From an uncultured Pseudomonadales bacterium (GTDB lineage: Bacteria; Pseudomonadota; Gammaproteobacteria; Pseudomonadales; Azotimanducaceae), in the NCBI GenBank assembly GCA_964548145.1, contig CAZJRX010000003.1, positions 1-36,098 on the forward strand: a stretch of DNA of 36,098 nt, in the 5' to 3' direction. The notes beneath the pieces are model-generated. The model had not been told where the DNA came from and searched no databases. It worked only from the letters and a program-made list of their open reading frames with translations. The translations under genes and the position numbers were made by a program. Position 1 is the first letter of the stretch. Each line of letters begins with the position of its first letter. Positions 25,765 through 34,080 of this stretch are shown piece after piece.

Positions 25765-28629
25765 ATGCCGGAACTCGTCAGCCGCGAAACGCAACGCGGC
25801 GCGTTTCCCCTCACCAACGGCGGCCATGCCTGGCGCGTCGAGTCCGGTGCCGCCGATGTCTTCGTCGTCCATGTGAAGAACGGCGTCGTAAACGCACCCT
25901 ACAAACACATACTGCGCGCCGGCGTTGGCCAGCTCGTGTTCGGGGTCGAGCCACTCGTTCTGGACGATGGCAGCCAGCTCGAGCTACGCGCGAAAGGTCT
26001 GCCGGGGTACCGGCTCCGGGCCCACACGGCAACCGAACTGATCCGGCCCGACGGCGAAGCCACGGTCATCGCCCAGGTAGACGACTGGGTGGCAGGCTTC
26101 ACGGCGGCGGTGGTGCGGGACATTGCACCGGCGCCGCGTACCGACGTGTTCGTTAGCAAGGGCCATGTGCCGATGTTCCGGGCCGGCATGCGCGCCTCCG
26201 CACGTCGTGGCGTCGTATGGCTTTCGGCCCTCAATGCGGCTTCCTACCTGGGCCTGGTCGATGCCGACGACGAGAGCGAGTGGCTGCCGCTGACACCGCA
26301 GAGTTGGCTGCGTTTCGCGGGACCGGCCGAGGACATCGTTGCAGAGTCTACGAAATGCCTTCTCCAAGCCGGATTGCTGCCGGGGGCACTCGACCGATTC
26401 CACCACAGAATCCTCGAGGCGGAACGCCTGAACCGGATCCTCGCGGCGGTCGACGACGCAAACCTCCAGATGGACCGCTCGACACTGCGTCGCGAAGAGG
26501 AAGAGCGCGCGAGAAGCGAACTTCGACACCTCATAGAACAAACCACCGCCGAAACCGGCGGGCCCGCACTACACGAAGCCCTCGAGGCGATCGGGGAATG
26601 CGAGGGCATCGAGTTTCAGTTTCCGACCGTCGGTGTCGACAACTCCAGGTCCAACGATCCGGTCGTCGAAATCGCGTTCGACTCCCGCGTCAGGGCCAGA
26701 CCCGTGCGTCTTGACGCAACGACACGCTGGTGGACCGGCGACAGCGGCGCCTTGCTCGGCTTTCGCCACGACGGTTCGCCGGTCGCCCTGTTGCCGGGCC
26801 GGCTCGGACGGTACCGTTTGCGGGATCCGGGAACGCGCACGACAACCACGGTGAATCGTAGCGTGGCCGCGACGCTGCACGAGTTCGCGTGGATGTTCGT
26901 AAGTCCCCTCCCCGAACGACCGGTCAGGGTCAAGGACACGCTGAGGCTTCTAACTAGGCACGTCGGCCTGGACGCGACCCGGTACGCGTTCGCTGGGATC
27001 GTCGCGGGGCTGATCTCCTTCACGCCCGCCGCCGTGGTTGCGGCGGTTATCGACTGGCTAGTCCCCGGGCGCGCGCCCGACTTCCTATGGCTGGCGCTCG
27101 GCGCGCTCGTATTGCTCGCCGTGATGGGGTTCCTGGTCCAGATCTCGCAAAGCACGACCTTGTTGCATATCGAGGGCCGCGCCACGGCGCGCATGACCGC
27201 CGCTCTCTGGGACCGGTTGTTGCGTCTACGCCGGGAACACCTGCACCTATACAATTCCGGCGAACTCGCCCAGCGGGCGCTGGTCTTCCAGGACCTTCGC
27301 GAGAGCTTGTCGGGCATCGTCTCCTCCACCTTAAGTACCATCCTCTTTCTGCTGCCAACCCTGGGCCTCCTGTTCCTGTTCGACCCGACACTGGCTACGG
27401 CGAGTCTCGCGCTCGGGGTGGCCGGACTGCTCGTGGTCGCCAGCTTCGGAATTCGTCAGATCAAGTGGCAGCGACGCCATCGGGTTGCGCAACAGGCGTT
27501 GGCCGGCAGCATGTTCCAGTTCGTCAACGGCATCGAAAAGCTCCGTGCCACGGGCGCCGAGAGCTCCGTGTTTGCCTTTTGGGCAAAGAGCTATCGACAG
27601 AAGAAGCACGCCGAGATCAAGGTCGAACGACTGACCGCCCTAACGACTGCCGTGAGTGGCTCACTGCCCACGTTCGCTGCGGCCGTACTATTCGCTCTCG
27701 CACTTCTGCGGCCAAGTGGATCACTCGAAGTCGGTGCGTTTCTCGCCGTGTTCGCCGCCTCCATGACATTCTTCGCAGCGGTGACAAGGCTCGGCGGATC
27801 AGTCGGCGCAGTGGCTTCCGTCATCCCGGCGTACCAACAGGCCAAACCTCTACTCGACCCCACCATTGAACGCCATGCCTCGGGCAAGCTTGCACACGTT
27901 GGCGAGATTCAAGGCGATATCCGCCTAGACCACGTCTGCTTCAACTACGACGACGACTCGCCGGTACTGGACGACGTGTCCATGCATGTCCGCGCCGGCG
28001 AGTTCGTTGCGATCGTGGGCGAATCCGGTGCCGGCAAGAGCACGCTGCTGCGGCTGATCCTCGGTCTGGAGAGACCTAGCACGGGAGCCGTGTACGTCGA
28101 TGAGCGAAACCTCTTGTATCTCGACGACCACGCGCTGCGCCGGCAAATCGGCGTTGTCGCCCAGAACGGCTCACTGCAGCCCGGAACGATCCTACAGAAC
28201 ATCGTGGGCATCACCGGCGATCGGACCCTTGCCGACGCCTGGGCAGCGGCGCGCAAGGCAGCGCTGGCCGACGACATTCGAGCGATGGAAATGGGCATGT
28301 ACACGCCGGTCGGCGAGTATTCCGGGCTGTTCTCCGGCGGCCAGGTGCAGCGGATACTCATCGCCCGGGCGCTGGTTCGCAATCCGACGGTCGTCGTGCT
28401 GGACGAAGCGACCAATTGGCTCGACAACGCCAGCCAGGCCGAAGTCATGAGGAGCATCGCCGAGATCGCCGCCACCCGCATCGTGGTCGCCCACCGGCTG
28501 TCGACGATCCGCAATGCCGACCGCGTCTACGTCATGTCGAGGGGCAAGGTCGTCCAGTCGGGTACGTTCGACGAACTAGCCGCAATTCCAGGTCTTTTCA
28601 AGGAGTTGATTGCCCGCCAGATGACTTGA
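25765..28629 (+). CDS. Second NHLP-type ABC exporter subunit (permease/ATPase) with an N-terminal cyclic-nucleotide-binding-like barrel and no C39 domain
   Basis: The ATG at 25765 has GGAGG 7 nt upstream. The track start at 25588 would overlap ABC1 by 157 nt. A ~150-aa N-terminal beta-barrel-like region (..HAWRVESGAADVFVVHV..) is followed by a long linker and a TM domain. Walker A GESGAGKST, signature FSGGQVQR, Walker B VVVLDEAT. Confidence 0.9.
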   Translation: MPELVSRETQRGAFPLTNGGHAWRVESGAADVFVVHVKNGVVNAPYKHILRAGVGQLVFGVEPLVLDDGSQLELRAKGLPGYRLRAHTATELIRPDGEATVIAQVDDWVAGFTAAVVRDIAPAPRTDVFVSKGHVPMFRAGMRASARRGVVWLSALNAASYLGLVDADDESEWLPLTPQSWLRFAGPAEDIVAESTKCLLQAGLLPGALDRFHHRILEAERLNRILAAVDDANLQMDRSTLRREEEERARSELRHLIEQTTAETGGPALHEALEAIGECEGIEFQFPTVGVDNSRSNDPVVEIAFDSRVRARPVRLDATTRWWTGDSGALLGFRHDGSPVALLPGRLGRYRLRDPGTRTTTTVNRSVAATLHEFAWMFVSPLPERPVRVKDTLRLLTRHVGLDATRYAFAGIVAGLISFTPAAVVAAVIDWLVPGRAPDFLWLALGALVLLAVMGFLVQISQSTTLLHIEGRATARMTAALWDRLLRLRREHLHLYNSGELAQRALVFQDLRESLSGIVSSTLSTILFLLPTLGLLFLFDPTLATASLALGVAGLLVVASFGIRQIKWQRRHRVAQQALAGSMFQFVNGIEKLRATGAESSVFAFWAKSYRQKKHAEIKVERLTALTTAVSGSLPTFAAAVLFALALLRPSGSLEVGAFLAVFAASMTFFAAVTRLGGSVGAVASVIPAYQQAKPLLDPTIERHASGKLAHVGEIQGDIRLDHVCFNYDDDSPVLDDVSMHVRAGEFVAIVGESGAGKSTLLRLILGLERPSTGAVYVDERNLLYLDDHALRRQIGVVAQNGSLQPGTILQNIVGITGDRTLADAWAAARKAALADDIRAMEMGMYTPVGEYSGLFSGGQVQRILIARALVRNPTVVVLDEATNWLDNASQAEVMRSIAEIAATRIVVAHRLSTIRNADRVYVMSRGKVVQSGTFDELAAIPGLFKELIARQMT

Positions 28630-28674
28630 GGTCCGACATCGAGACGAGAGCGTCAGGTAGGTAACACCTTGCCG

Positions 28675-30249
28675 CTACAGTGCCTGCCCGCCGGGGTCGT
28701 TGACGAAAACAACGTCCTCCTTGAGTAGCTGCCTGACGAAGTCGTCGACGAAGTCGATGGCGAAGCGACCCGCATGCGCCGTCTTCAGTTCGCCAACCGG
28801 GATCGACTCGCGGTCGGCGATCATACGGAGGAGGTCGAGACAATAGACGTCGAACTCACGCACCAGGCCATTTGCCCTCAACCAGAAGGAACCAGTTCCC
28901 GGCGGCACATCAAGTACCGCTTGGCGCCTACCCCTGAGCGAGAGCTCGAAGGCATCCCAGTCGGGTGATTTCCACGGTTCGATGTAGGTTGACAGTGCGG
29001 TTCGGGTCGACTCCGTCCACGCGGCGCGGACATCCTCCGCAAAGCGCTCGCCGAAGTCGTCGTGAAGCTGCCCCCGGATGAGATCCGCCACTGCCGCAAA
29101 GTAGCTCGATCGTACTGTTTCGTCCGCCGCCAACGGTGTGTTCCGGCGGAACAATTCGTGGTCGAGCAACTTCCTTTCAAGCCAGCGGAGAATCCAGGTG
29201 CCGGTAACGGTACGCGTGCCGAGCGTGAGATGAACGCTGCCGACGCCTTCGTCGGCGCAATCGACGCGTGCATCATGCCACCACCCACGCGGGATGAAGA
29301 GCACATCGCCTGCCGTCAATGTCCCGACCCAGGCCGGGTGTGGCGGGCTTTCGCTAGCGGGGGCACCCCAGCCCGACGAGTGATGGCCATAGTCCGGCAT
29401 CGCAACGCGACTCGAGTGAGAGCCCCTTTCCGCGTTCAATGGACTAGTCGGTTGACTGTCGTAACTCGTCGGCGAGGATCGAGTCGGCTTGAACAGACGC
29501 CATTCCTTGGCGCCGGTCACTTGGATGACGAAGACATCGTGGTCGTCCCAGTGCGTGGCGAAGCCCCGGGTCGAGTGCCACGAGGCATATAGATTGACAT
29601 TCACGTAGGTTGCCAAGGCGCCCTCGATGTCACGGGCCAGGCGCGCGACGGGCGGATGGTATTCCTGGATCGCGTTCACGATGAGTGTCGAACCGGTACG
29701 CAGGAAATTCGCGAGTTTCCTGCCATCGATCCTTGACACGTTCGGCCCGGGTTGGCGACTGCCAAGGCCCAGGTTGTCGACCTGGTAAAGGTAGTCAGCC
29801 GTCTCTCGGCCGTCGGCGATCAGGTGAACCAGCGGTGGGCGCAGGTTCCTAAGGCAGACAATTTCGTTCAGGTCATCCCACGTCACCAGACCCGCGAAAC
29901 GGTCGTCGCGGCCACGAAAGATCACGGGCCTCGGGTCGCCGTGCTGCCGCGTCGCGAATTCGGCGATATCGAGCGGTGCGATCAGCGAATCGATGCCCCC
30001 CAGACTCGACGACCCTTCGGGTGATTCGATTTCCTCGAGGACGAGACGCTCGCCATCCTCGCCGGCACCATCCGACTCCGGCTCCAGTCGAATCTTGAGG
30101 TTCGGGACGCCCGCCTTCCTCGACAGGTGTTCGAGTACCGCTTCCTCGTGGCGGTTCTCGCGCTGGTAGACGGCATGGTCGATGGGTCCGGCTGCGACAA
30201 ATGCCTTGCCCAGGAACATTTCGTGCGCGTTACGGGTTGGTTCGGCCAT
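28675..30249 (-). CDS. JmjC / cupin-4-type Fe(II)/2-oxoglutarate-dependent oxygenase with N- and C-terminal extensions (candidate RiPP tailoring enzyme)
   Basis: 524 aa with GGAG 6 nt before the ATG. FATHWDDHDVFVIQVTGAKEWRLF (HxD at aa 233/235), LTAGDVLFIPRGWWHDA and GSVHLTLG (distal His340) match the RoxA/YcfD-type cupin-4 signature. It is convergent with ABC2 across a 45-nt gap. Confidence 0.85.
   Translation of the reverse strand: MAEPTRNAHEMFLGKAFVAAGPIDHAVYQRENRHEEAVLEHLSRKAGVPNLKIRLEPESDGAGEDGERLVLEEIESPEGSSSLGGIDSLIAPLDIAEFATRQHGDPRPVIFRGRDDRFAGLVTWDDLNEIVCLRNLRPPLVHLIADGRETADYLYQVDNLGLGSRQPGPNVSRIDGRKLANFLRTGSTLIVNAIQEYHPPVARLARDIEGALATYVNVNLYASWHSTRGFATHWDDHDVFVIQVTGAKEWRLFKPTRSSPTSYDSQPTSPLNAERGSHSSRVAMPDYGHHSSGWGAPASESPPHPAWVGTLTAGDVLFIPRGWWHDARVDCADEGVGSVHLTLGTRTVTGTWILRWLERKLLDHELFRRNTPLAADETVRSSYFAAVADLIRGQLHDDFGERFAEDVRAAWTESTRTALSTYIEPWKSPDWDAFELSLRGRRQAVLDVPPGTGSFWLRANGLVREFDVYCLDLLRMIADRESIPVGELKTAHAGRFAIDFVDDFVRQLLKEDVVFVNDPGGQAL
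29370..29453. repeat. Copy B of the shared element, lying in-frame inside the oxygenase gene (encodes aa ~266-294, QPTSPLNAERGSHSSRVAMPDYGHHSSGW)
   Basis: See copy A. It has the same plus-strand orientation, so it is antisense to the oxygenase mRNA. Confidence 0.8.
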
Positions 30250-30321
30250 GGAAGCTCCATGGGCTCCGACGTTGTCGATGATACCGCACGCACCGTCCGA
30301 GCCCCGGCGTCGGTTCCGCGA

Positions 30322-30897
30322 TCACGTGGGTCGCGTCACCATGGTCGGCCCGGCCACGCCCAACGGGCGATCCCGATAGTCCAACGGATAACGTCGGGCG
30401 TGGGCGTTGTGCTCGCGCCACAACGCCACGAACCACTCCGGTACCTGTTCGTCGCCGCATTGATCGGCGAGTCGGTTCTCGCCGTCGAGGCGCCAACCAT
30501 CAACCGGCGCAACACATCGAACCCGATGACCCCACCGAACCAGTTCGCCAACGCCGGTATCGGCCGCGAACCGACGTAGGTACTCCAGCACGCGGGCATG
30601 ATGCGGGTACCGGGGCCAGTCGTCGCCACCACCGCCGGCATCGTCGAAGGTGTACCCGTCGAACGCCATCAAGTCGCGCGGCAGGTTGACGCGCATCGAC
30701 TCGTAGAGGGAAGTGTGAATGCGCCGGGTTGTTCGTTGGCCGAGCGGGTCGTCCTCGACCGAGTCCGTGTAGTTCCACAGGCCACCGACCTGCGTCGACT
30801 GCTCGAACACCGTCACGCGGTGATTCTCCCGGCGGAGCTCGTGTGCCGTTACGAGACCCGCAGCACCCGCGCCGATGACGGCCACTCGCATCGGCAT
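30322..30897 (-). pseudogene. Truncated flavin-containing monooxygenase (N-terminal FAD-binding part only)
   Basis: MRVAVIGAGAAGLVTAHELRRENHRVTVFEQSTQVGGLWNY..IHTSLYESMRVNLPRDLMAF..YPHHARVLEYLRRFA.. matches the first ~130-160 aa of FMO/GS-OX-type enzymes, which are normally ~430-460 aa. The FMO-identifying motif, the NADPH GxGxxG and the C-terminal half are absent. The ORF ends 72 nt before the oxygenase start. Confidence 0.55.
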
Positions 30898-30918
30898 GCC
30901 CGTTTCGGTCCGGTTTTT

Positions 30919-31626
30919 CTACCTCGTGCGCGTGCGAAGACCTTGGCTTACGCGGATCTCCATCGTGTGCGCCGTCGCCGGCTGGGTGGCGAGGAACACC
31001 GCCGCGTCCGCAATGTCCTCGGCTTGGATCAGCGATTCGGGATCTTCGTTCGGGAATCCCTCGCTGCGCATCCGGGAAACCGTCGCGTCCGGCAGAATGA
31101 CGTGCGAGCGGATGCCCTGGTGAAGGTACTCGGCGACCAGCGTCTTGGTGAACCCCATGACGCCGTGCTTCGAGGCCGCATAGGCCGACCGGTTGGGCGG
31201 TCCGACGACCCCCGCCCCCGAAGAGATGTTGATGATGCAGCCGTCGCCCCGCGCCAGCATGTTGGGCAACGCATGCTTGGTACACAGGAACAGTCCGCGC
31301 AGGTTGACGTTCATGACGAGGTCCCAGTCCTCGACCGGCAGCTCGTGCACCGGCAGCCGAGCCACTGCACCGGCATTGTTGACCAGTAGGTCGACACGTC
31401 CGTAGGCGTCCAGGGTGGCGCCGATCATCCTGCGGATATCCGCCTCGTCCGACACGTCGCACACAACCGCCAAGCCGCCGGTCTCCTTCGCCACCGCGTT
31501 GATTTCATCGACACTGCGCGCCGAGCAGACCACCGACGCGCCTTCCTTGGCGAAGGCGACGGCAATGGCCTTGCCGATGCCACGCCCCGCGCCCGTGACG
31601 ATCGCCACCTTGCTTTCCAGTCGCAT
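30919..31626 (-). CDS. Short-chain dehydrogenase/reductase (SDR)
   Basis: 235 aa. Cofactor motif TGAGRGIGKA, NNAG, and catalytic YAASKHG (YxxxK). Confidence 0.9.
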   Translation of the reverse strand: MRLESKVAIVTGAGRGIGKAIAVAFAKEGASVVCSARSVDEINAVAKETGGLAVVCDVSDEADIRRMIGATLDAYGRVDLLVNNAGAVARLPVHELPVEDWDLVMNVNLRGLFLCTKHALPNMLARGDGCIINISSGAGVVGPPNRSAYAASKHGVMGFTKTLVAEYLHQGIRSHVILPDATVSRMRSEGFPNEDPESLIQAEDIADAAVFLATQPATAHTMEIRVSQGLRTRTR

Positions 31627-31707
31627 ACGGATCCCCTATCGAGTGAAGGCGCGGAGTGTGTGGATACGGCTCGCCGATGGCAAGCGAGCGCCGCAGGTGC
31701 CCCGGTC

Positions 31708-34056
31708 TCAGAACAACGTCATCTGCTTGTCGTCGCCGATCACCCGGTCGAAGTCGAGGCCCAAGGCACCTAGAACCGGTTCGGCAACCGGCCGCACCTG
31801 CTTGTCGAGGTAGTGTTCCCGATCTGGCTCGTGGTCTAGTGCATCCAAGGGCTCCGGCCCGGCGATCGTCACCAGGTAGGAAACAACACGGCCGGGGTCG
31901 CTCGACTTGCGCGCCGCCGCGACATGGGGCGGGGTGTTGGCAGTGTACGCCGACGGTTTCTTCCGCAGCCCCTTGCGGTACACGAGCTTGTCGTCGAGTT
32001 CGCCGCTGCGCAACGCATTGGCGACCTGCTCCAGGTAGTCCGCCACCGGCTCCCCCGCGAACAGCCGTTTGTAGAGTTCGCGCTGCACGTCCTTCGCCAG
32101 CTCAGTCCAATCCCGGCGGACGACTTCCATGCCGGTGAACTCCACGCCGGCCTGGCCGTCGATCAATCCGGCGTAGCGTTTTCGCGCGCCCGATGCACCA
32201 TGCCGCACGGACGGCAGGAAGAGCTTCAGGTAGAGCTTCTCGAACTCCATTTCCAAGCGGCTTCGCACCTGCCACTCCTGGCGTACGTAGGCCGCGATGG
32301 CATCGTTCAACTCGACCACGAGCCGTGGTCCTGCCGCGCGGGCGGCATCGGTATCCAATCCCGAACGAACAAAGACACTATCGGTGTCGCCGTAGAGTAC
32401 GTCGAAGCCCTTGCCTTCGAACCATCGCTTGGACCACTGCAGGAAGTGTCGGCCCATGCCGGTGACGGCATTGGCGACCGCCACGTTGTGGAACCGACAC
32501 GCCGGCGTGCCGAGCACACCGTAGAAGGAATTCATCAGGATCTTGATGGCCTGGGAAGCGACCTGGTCGCCGTGGCGCTTCGCCTCCTCGCGCTGCGGAA
32601 AGAGCTTGTCCAGAATGCCCGGCAGAATCGCCTCGTCGCGCCGAAACGCGGCATCGGGAGCTACCCTGATCAAACCCGCCCAGTCGTCCGGATTCGCCGA
32701 GAAGCCCAGCGGGTCGATGTTGAAGGTCCGGATCACGCTTGGATACAGGCTCTTGAAGTCAAGCACCCAGACGTTCTCGTGAATACCCGTGGTCGGTTCG
32801 AAAACATGTCCCCCGGCCTGGTGCCGCGAAACCCGCGCGTCGTCCGAACCAACCGTCGGAGCGACGACCCGACGTTTGCGGAGCGCCGACAAATAGCAGA
32901 AATCGAATGACGCGATGCTCGCCGACACTCGATCCGGGGTCATTCCGGTGAGACGGCTGCGGGCCATCGCCAGGTTCACGAGATCGAGTTCGTTGACGAT
33001 GTCGAGCGCGAGCCGGGCATCGGTGCGCGCGTAGGCGGCAAAGGTCTCGAGGTCGTCGCGGTAGCGGGCCAGTATGTCGGCAGCCCGGTCGTCGCCGGCA
33101 CCCATCACCACCTTGCCTTCGCCCAGCACTTCCCGGGCAACACCGTTCAGCGAGTAGTCGTCGAAGCGCACGAAAGCGCCCCGCACCAGGTCCATGCCAT
33201 CGAGCACCAGTCGCCCAGGAATCGACGCTTGTCCGCTGCCGAAATAGCCCTGCGCCGGACGCATCCGGACGGTGCCCGCCTCGCGACCGAGATCGAGCGG
33301 GATACGGACCCTTCTCGCGATCCGGTTCAGGACGCTGAGATCGAAGTCGATCACGTTCCAGCCGGTCAGGATGTCGGGGTCGATCTCCCGAACCCGTTCG
33401 ACGAAGGTGGTAAGTGCGGCGCGTTCATCCGCGCACGCGTTGGCTCGCTCGGGCATCTCCCGACCATCCGATTCAACGACATAGACCTCGTCAACGCCCT
33501 TGCCGTACACCGCGATGGCCAGCAGCCGTCGGGCTTTGGGGTCCGTCTCGATGTCGAACGACAGCACGGAAGGCGTTAGCGAAACCATCGCCCTATGCAA
33601 TTGCGGATCGTCGTAGACCCGCGCAATCCGATCACCGGGTTTGAATGCGCCGTGAATCTCGCAGCCGCCGCGGATGTCGCGGTCGATCAGGTAGCGGACG
33701 GCGAATCGGACGTCGGCTTCGAATGTCGCGATGCCGTCGCCATGCAGCCGCTCGCGCAAGGGCACTGTATCCTGCGGCGCCGCGAGGTCGATCCGCAGAA
33801 CCCGATCACCTGCGAACGTCTTGCTATCCGTCTCGAACTGCCGCGTCGCCCCGAGACGATACGCCCGATCAGCATCGCCCCGGCGAACGTAGAAGTGGGG
33901 CACCTGGCGATGGTCACGGACCAGGAACGTACCGCCGTCTTCGAGTACGCCGAACAGGTACACGACGGGCGCACCGTTCTGCATGCGGTAGCTGGCCTGA
34001 AGGATGAAACCGCGGGCCGCGTCGCCGGGGGCATGCCTTTCTCCGACTAGCGCCAC
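31708..34056 (-). CDS. polB: DNA polymerase II (family B)
   Basis: 782 aa. Exo I FDIETD, polymerase motif A DFKSLYPSVIRTFNIDP, motif B KILMNSFYGVLG, motif C YGDTDSVFV. The size matches E. coli Pol II. Confidence 0.95.
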   Translation of the reverse strand: MALVGERHAPGDAARGFILQASYRMQNGAPVVYLFGVLEDGGTFLVRDHRQVPHFYVRRGDADRAYRLGATRQFETDSKTFAGDRVLRIDLAAPQDTVPLRERLHGDGIATFEADVRFAVRYLIDRDIRGGCEIHGAFKPGDRIARVYDDPQLHRAMVSLTPSVLSFDIETDPKARRLLAIAVYGKGVDEVYVVESDGREMPERANACADERAALTTFVERVREIDPDILTGWNVIDFDLSVLNRIARRVRIPLDLGREAGTVRMRPAQGYFGSGQASIPGRLVLDGMDLVRGAFVRFDDYSLNGVAREVLGEGKVVMGAGDDRAADILARYRDDLETFAAYARTDARLALDIVNELDLVNLAMARSRLTGMTPDRVSASIASFDFCYLSALRKRRVVAPTVGSDDARVSRHQAGGHVFEPTTGIHENVWVLDFKSLYPSVIRTFNIDPLGFSANPDDWAGLIRVAPDAAFRRDEAILPGILDKLFPQREEAKRHGDQVASQAIKILMNSFYGVLGTPACRFHNVAVANAVTGMGRHFLQWSKRWFEGKGFDVLYGDTDSVFVRSGLDTDAARAAGPRLVVELNDAIAAYVRQEWQVRSRLEMEFEKLYLKLFLPSVRHGASGARKRYAGLIDGQAGVEFTGMEVVRRDWTELAKDVQRELYKRLFAGEPVADYLEQVANALRSGELDDKLVYRKGLRKKPSAYTANTPPHVAAARKSSDPGRVVSYLVTIAGPEPLDALDHEPDREHYLDKQVRPVAEPVLGALGLDFDRVIGDDKQMTLF

Positions 34057-34080
34057 AGTATCCGCCGACCCGCCGGTGAG

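Larger units (their letters stand above)
20906..30321. other. Putative accessory segment (island) carrying the NHLP RiPP locus
   Basis: The content switches from housekeeping genes to a transposase-related gene plus a RiPP cassette. The right edge coincides with a truncated monooxygenase gene. No flanking direct repeats or tRNA were identified, so the borders are approximate. Confidence 0.4.

Noticed and set aside
28630-28674. Expected bidirectional terminator between the convergent ABC2 and oxygenase genes
   Set aside because: Only a 4-bp GACG-agag-CGTC stem is present, and no convincing hairpin was found.
30500-31462. 320-aa minus-strand and 263-aa plus-strand (30598-31389) ORFs overlapping the SDR and the FMO fragment
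   Set aside because: They are alternative-frame or antisense to genes with clear SDR and FMO motifs, and their composition is Arg/Gly/Pro-rich.
31669-31689. GCTCGC-N9-GCGAGC hairpin after polB, considered as a terminator
   Set aside because: It has only 6 bp with a 9-nt loop and no U-tract, which is too weak to call.
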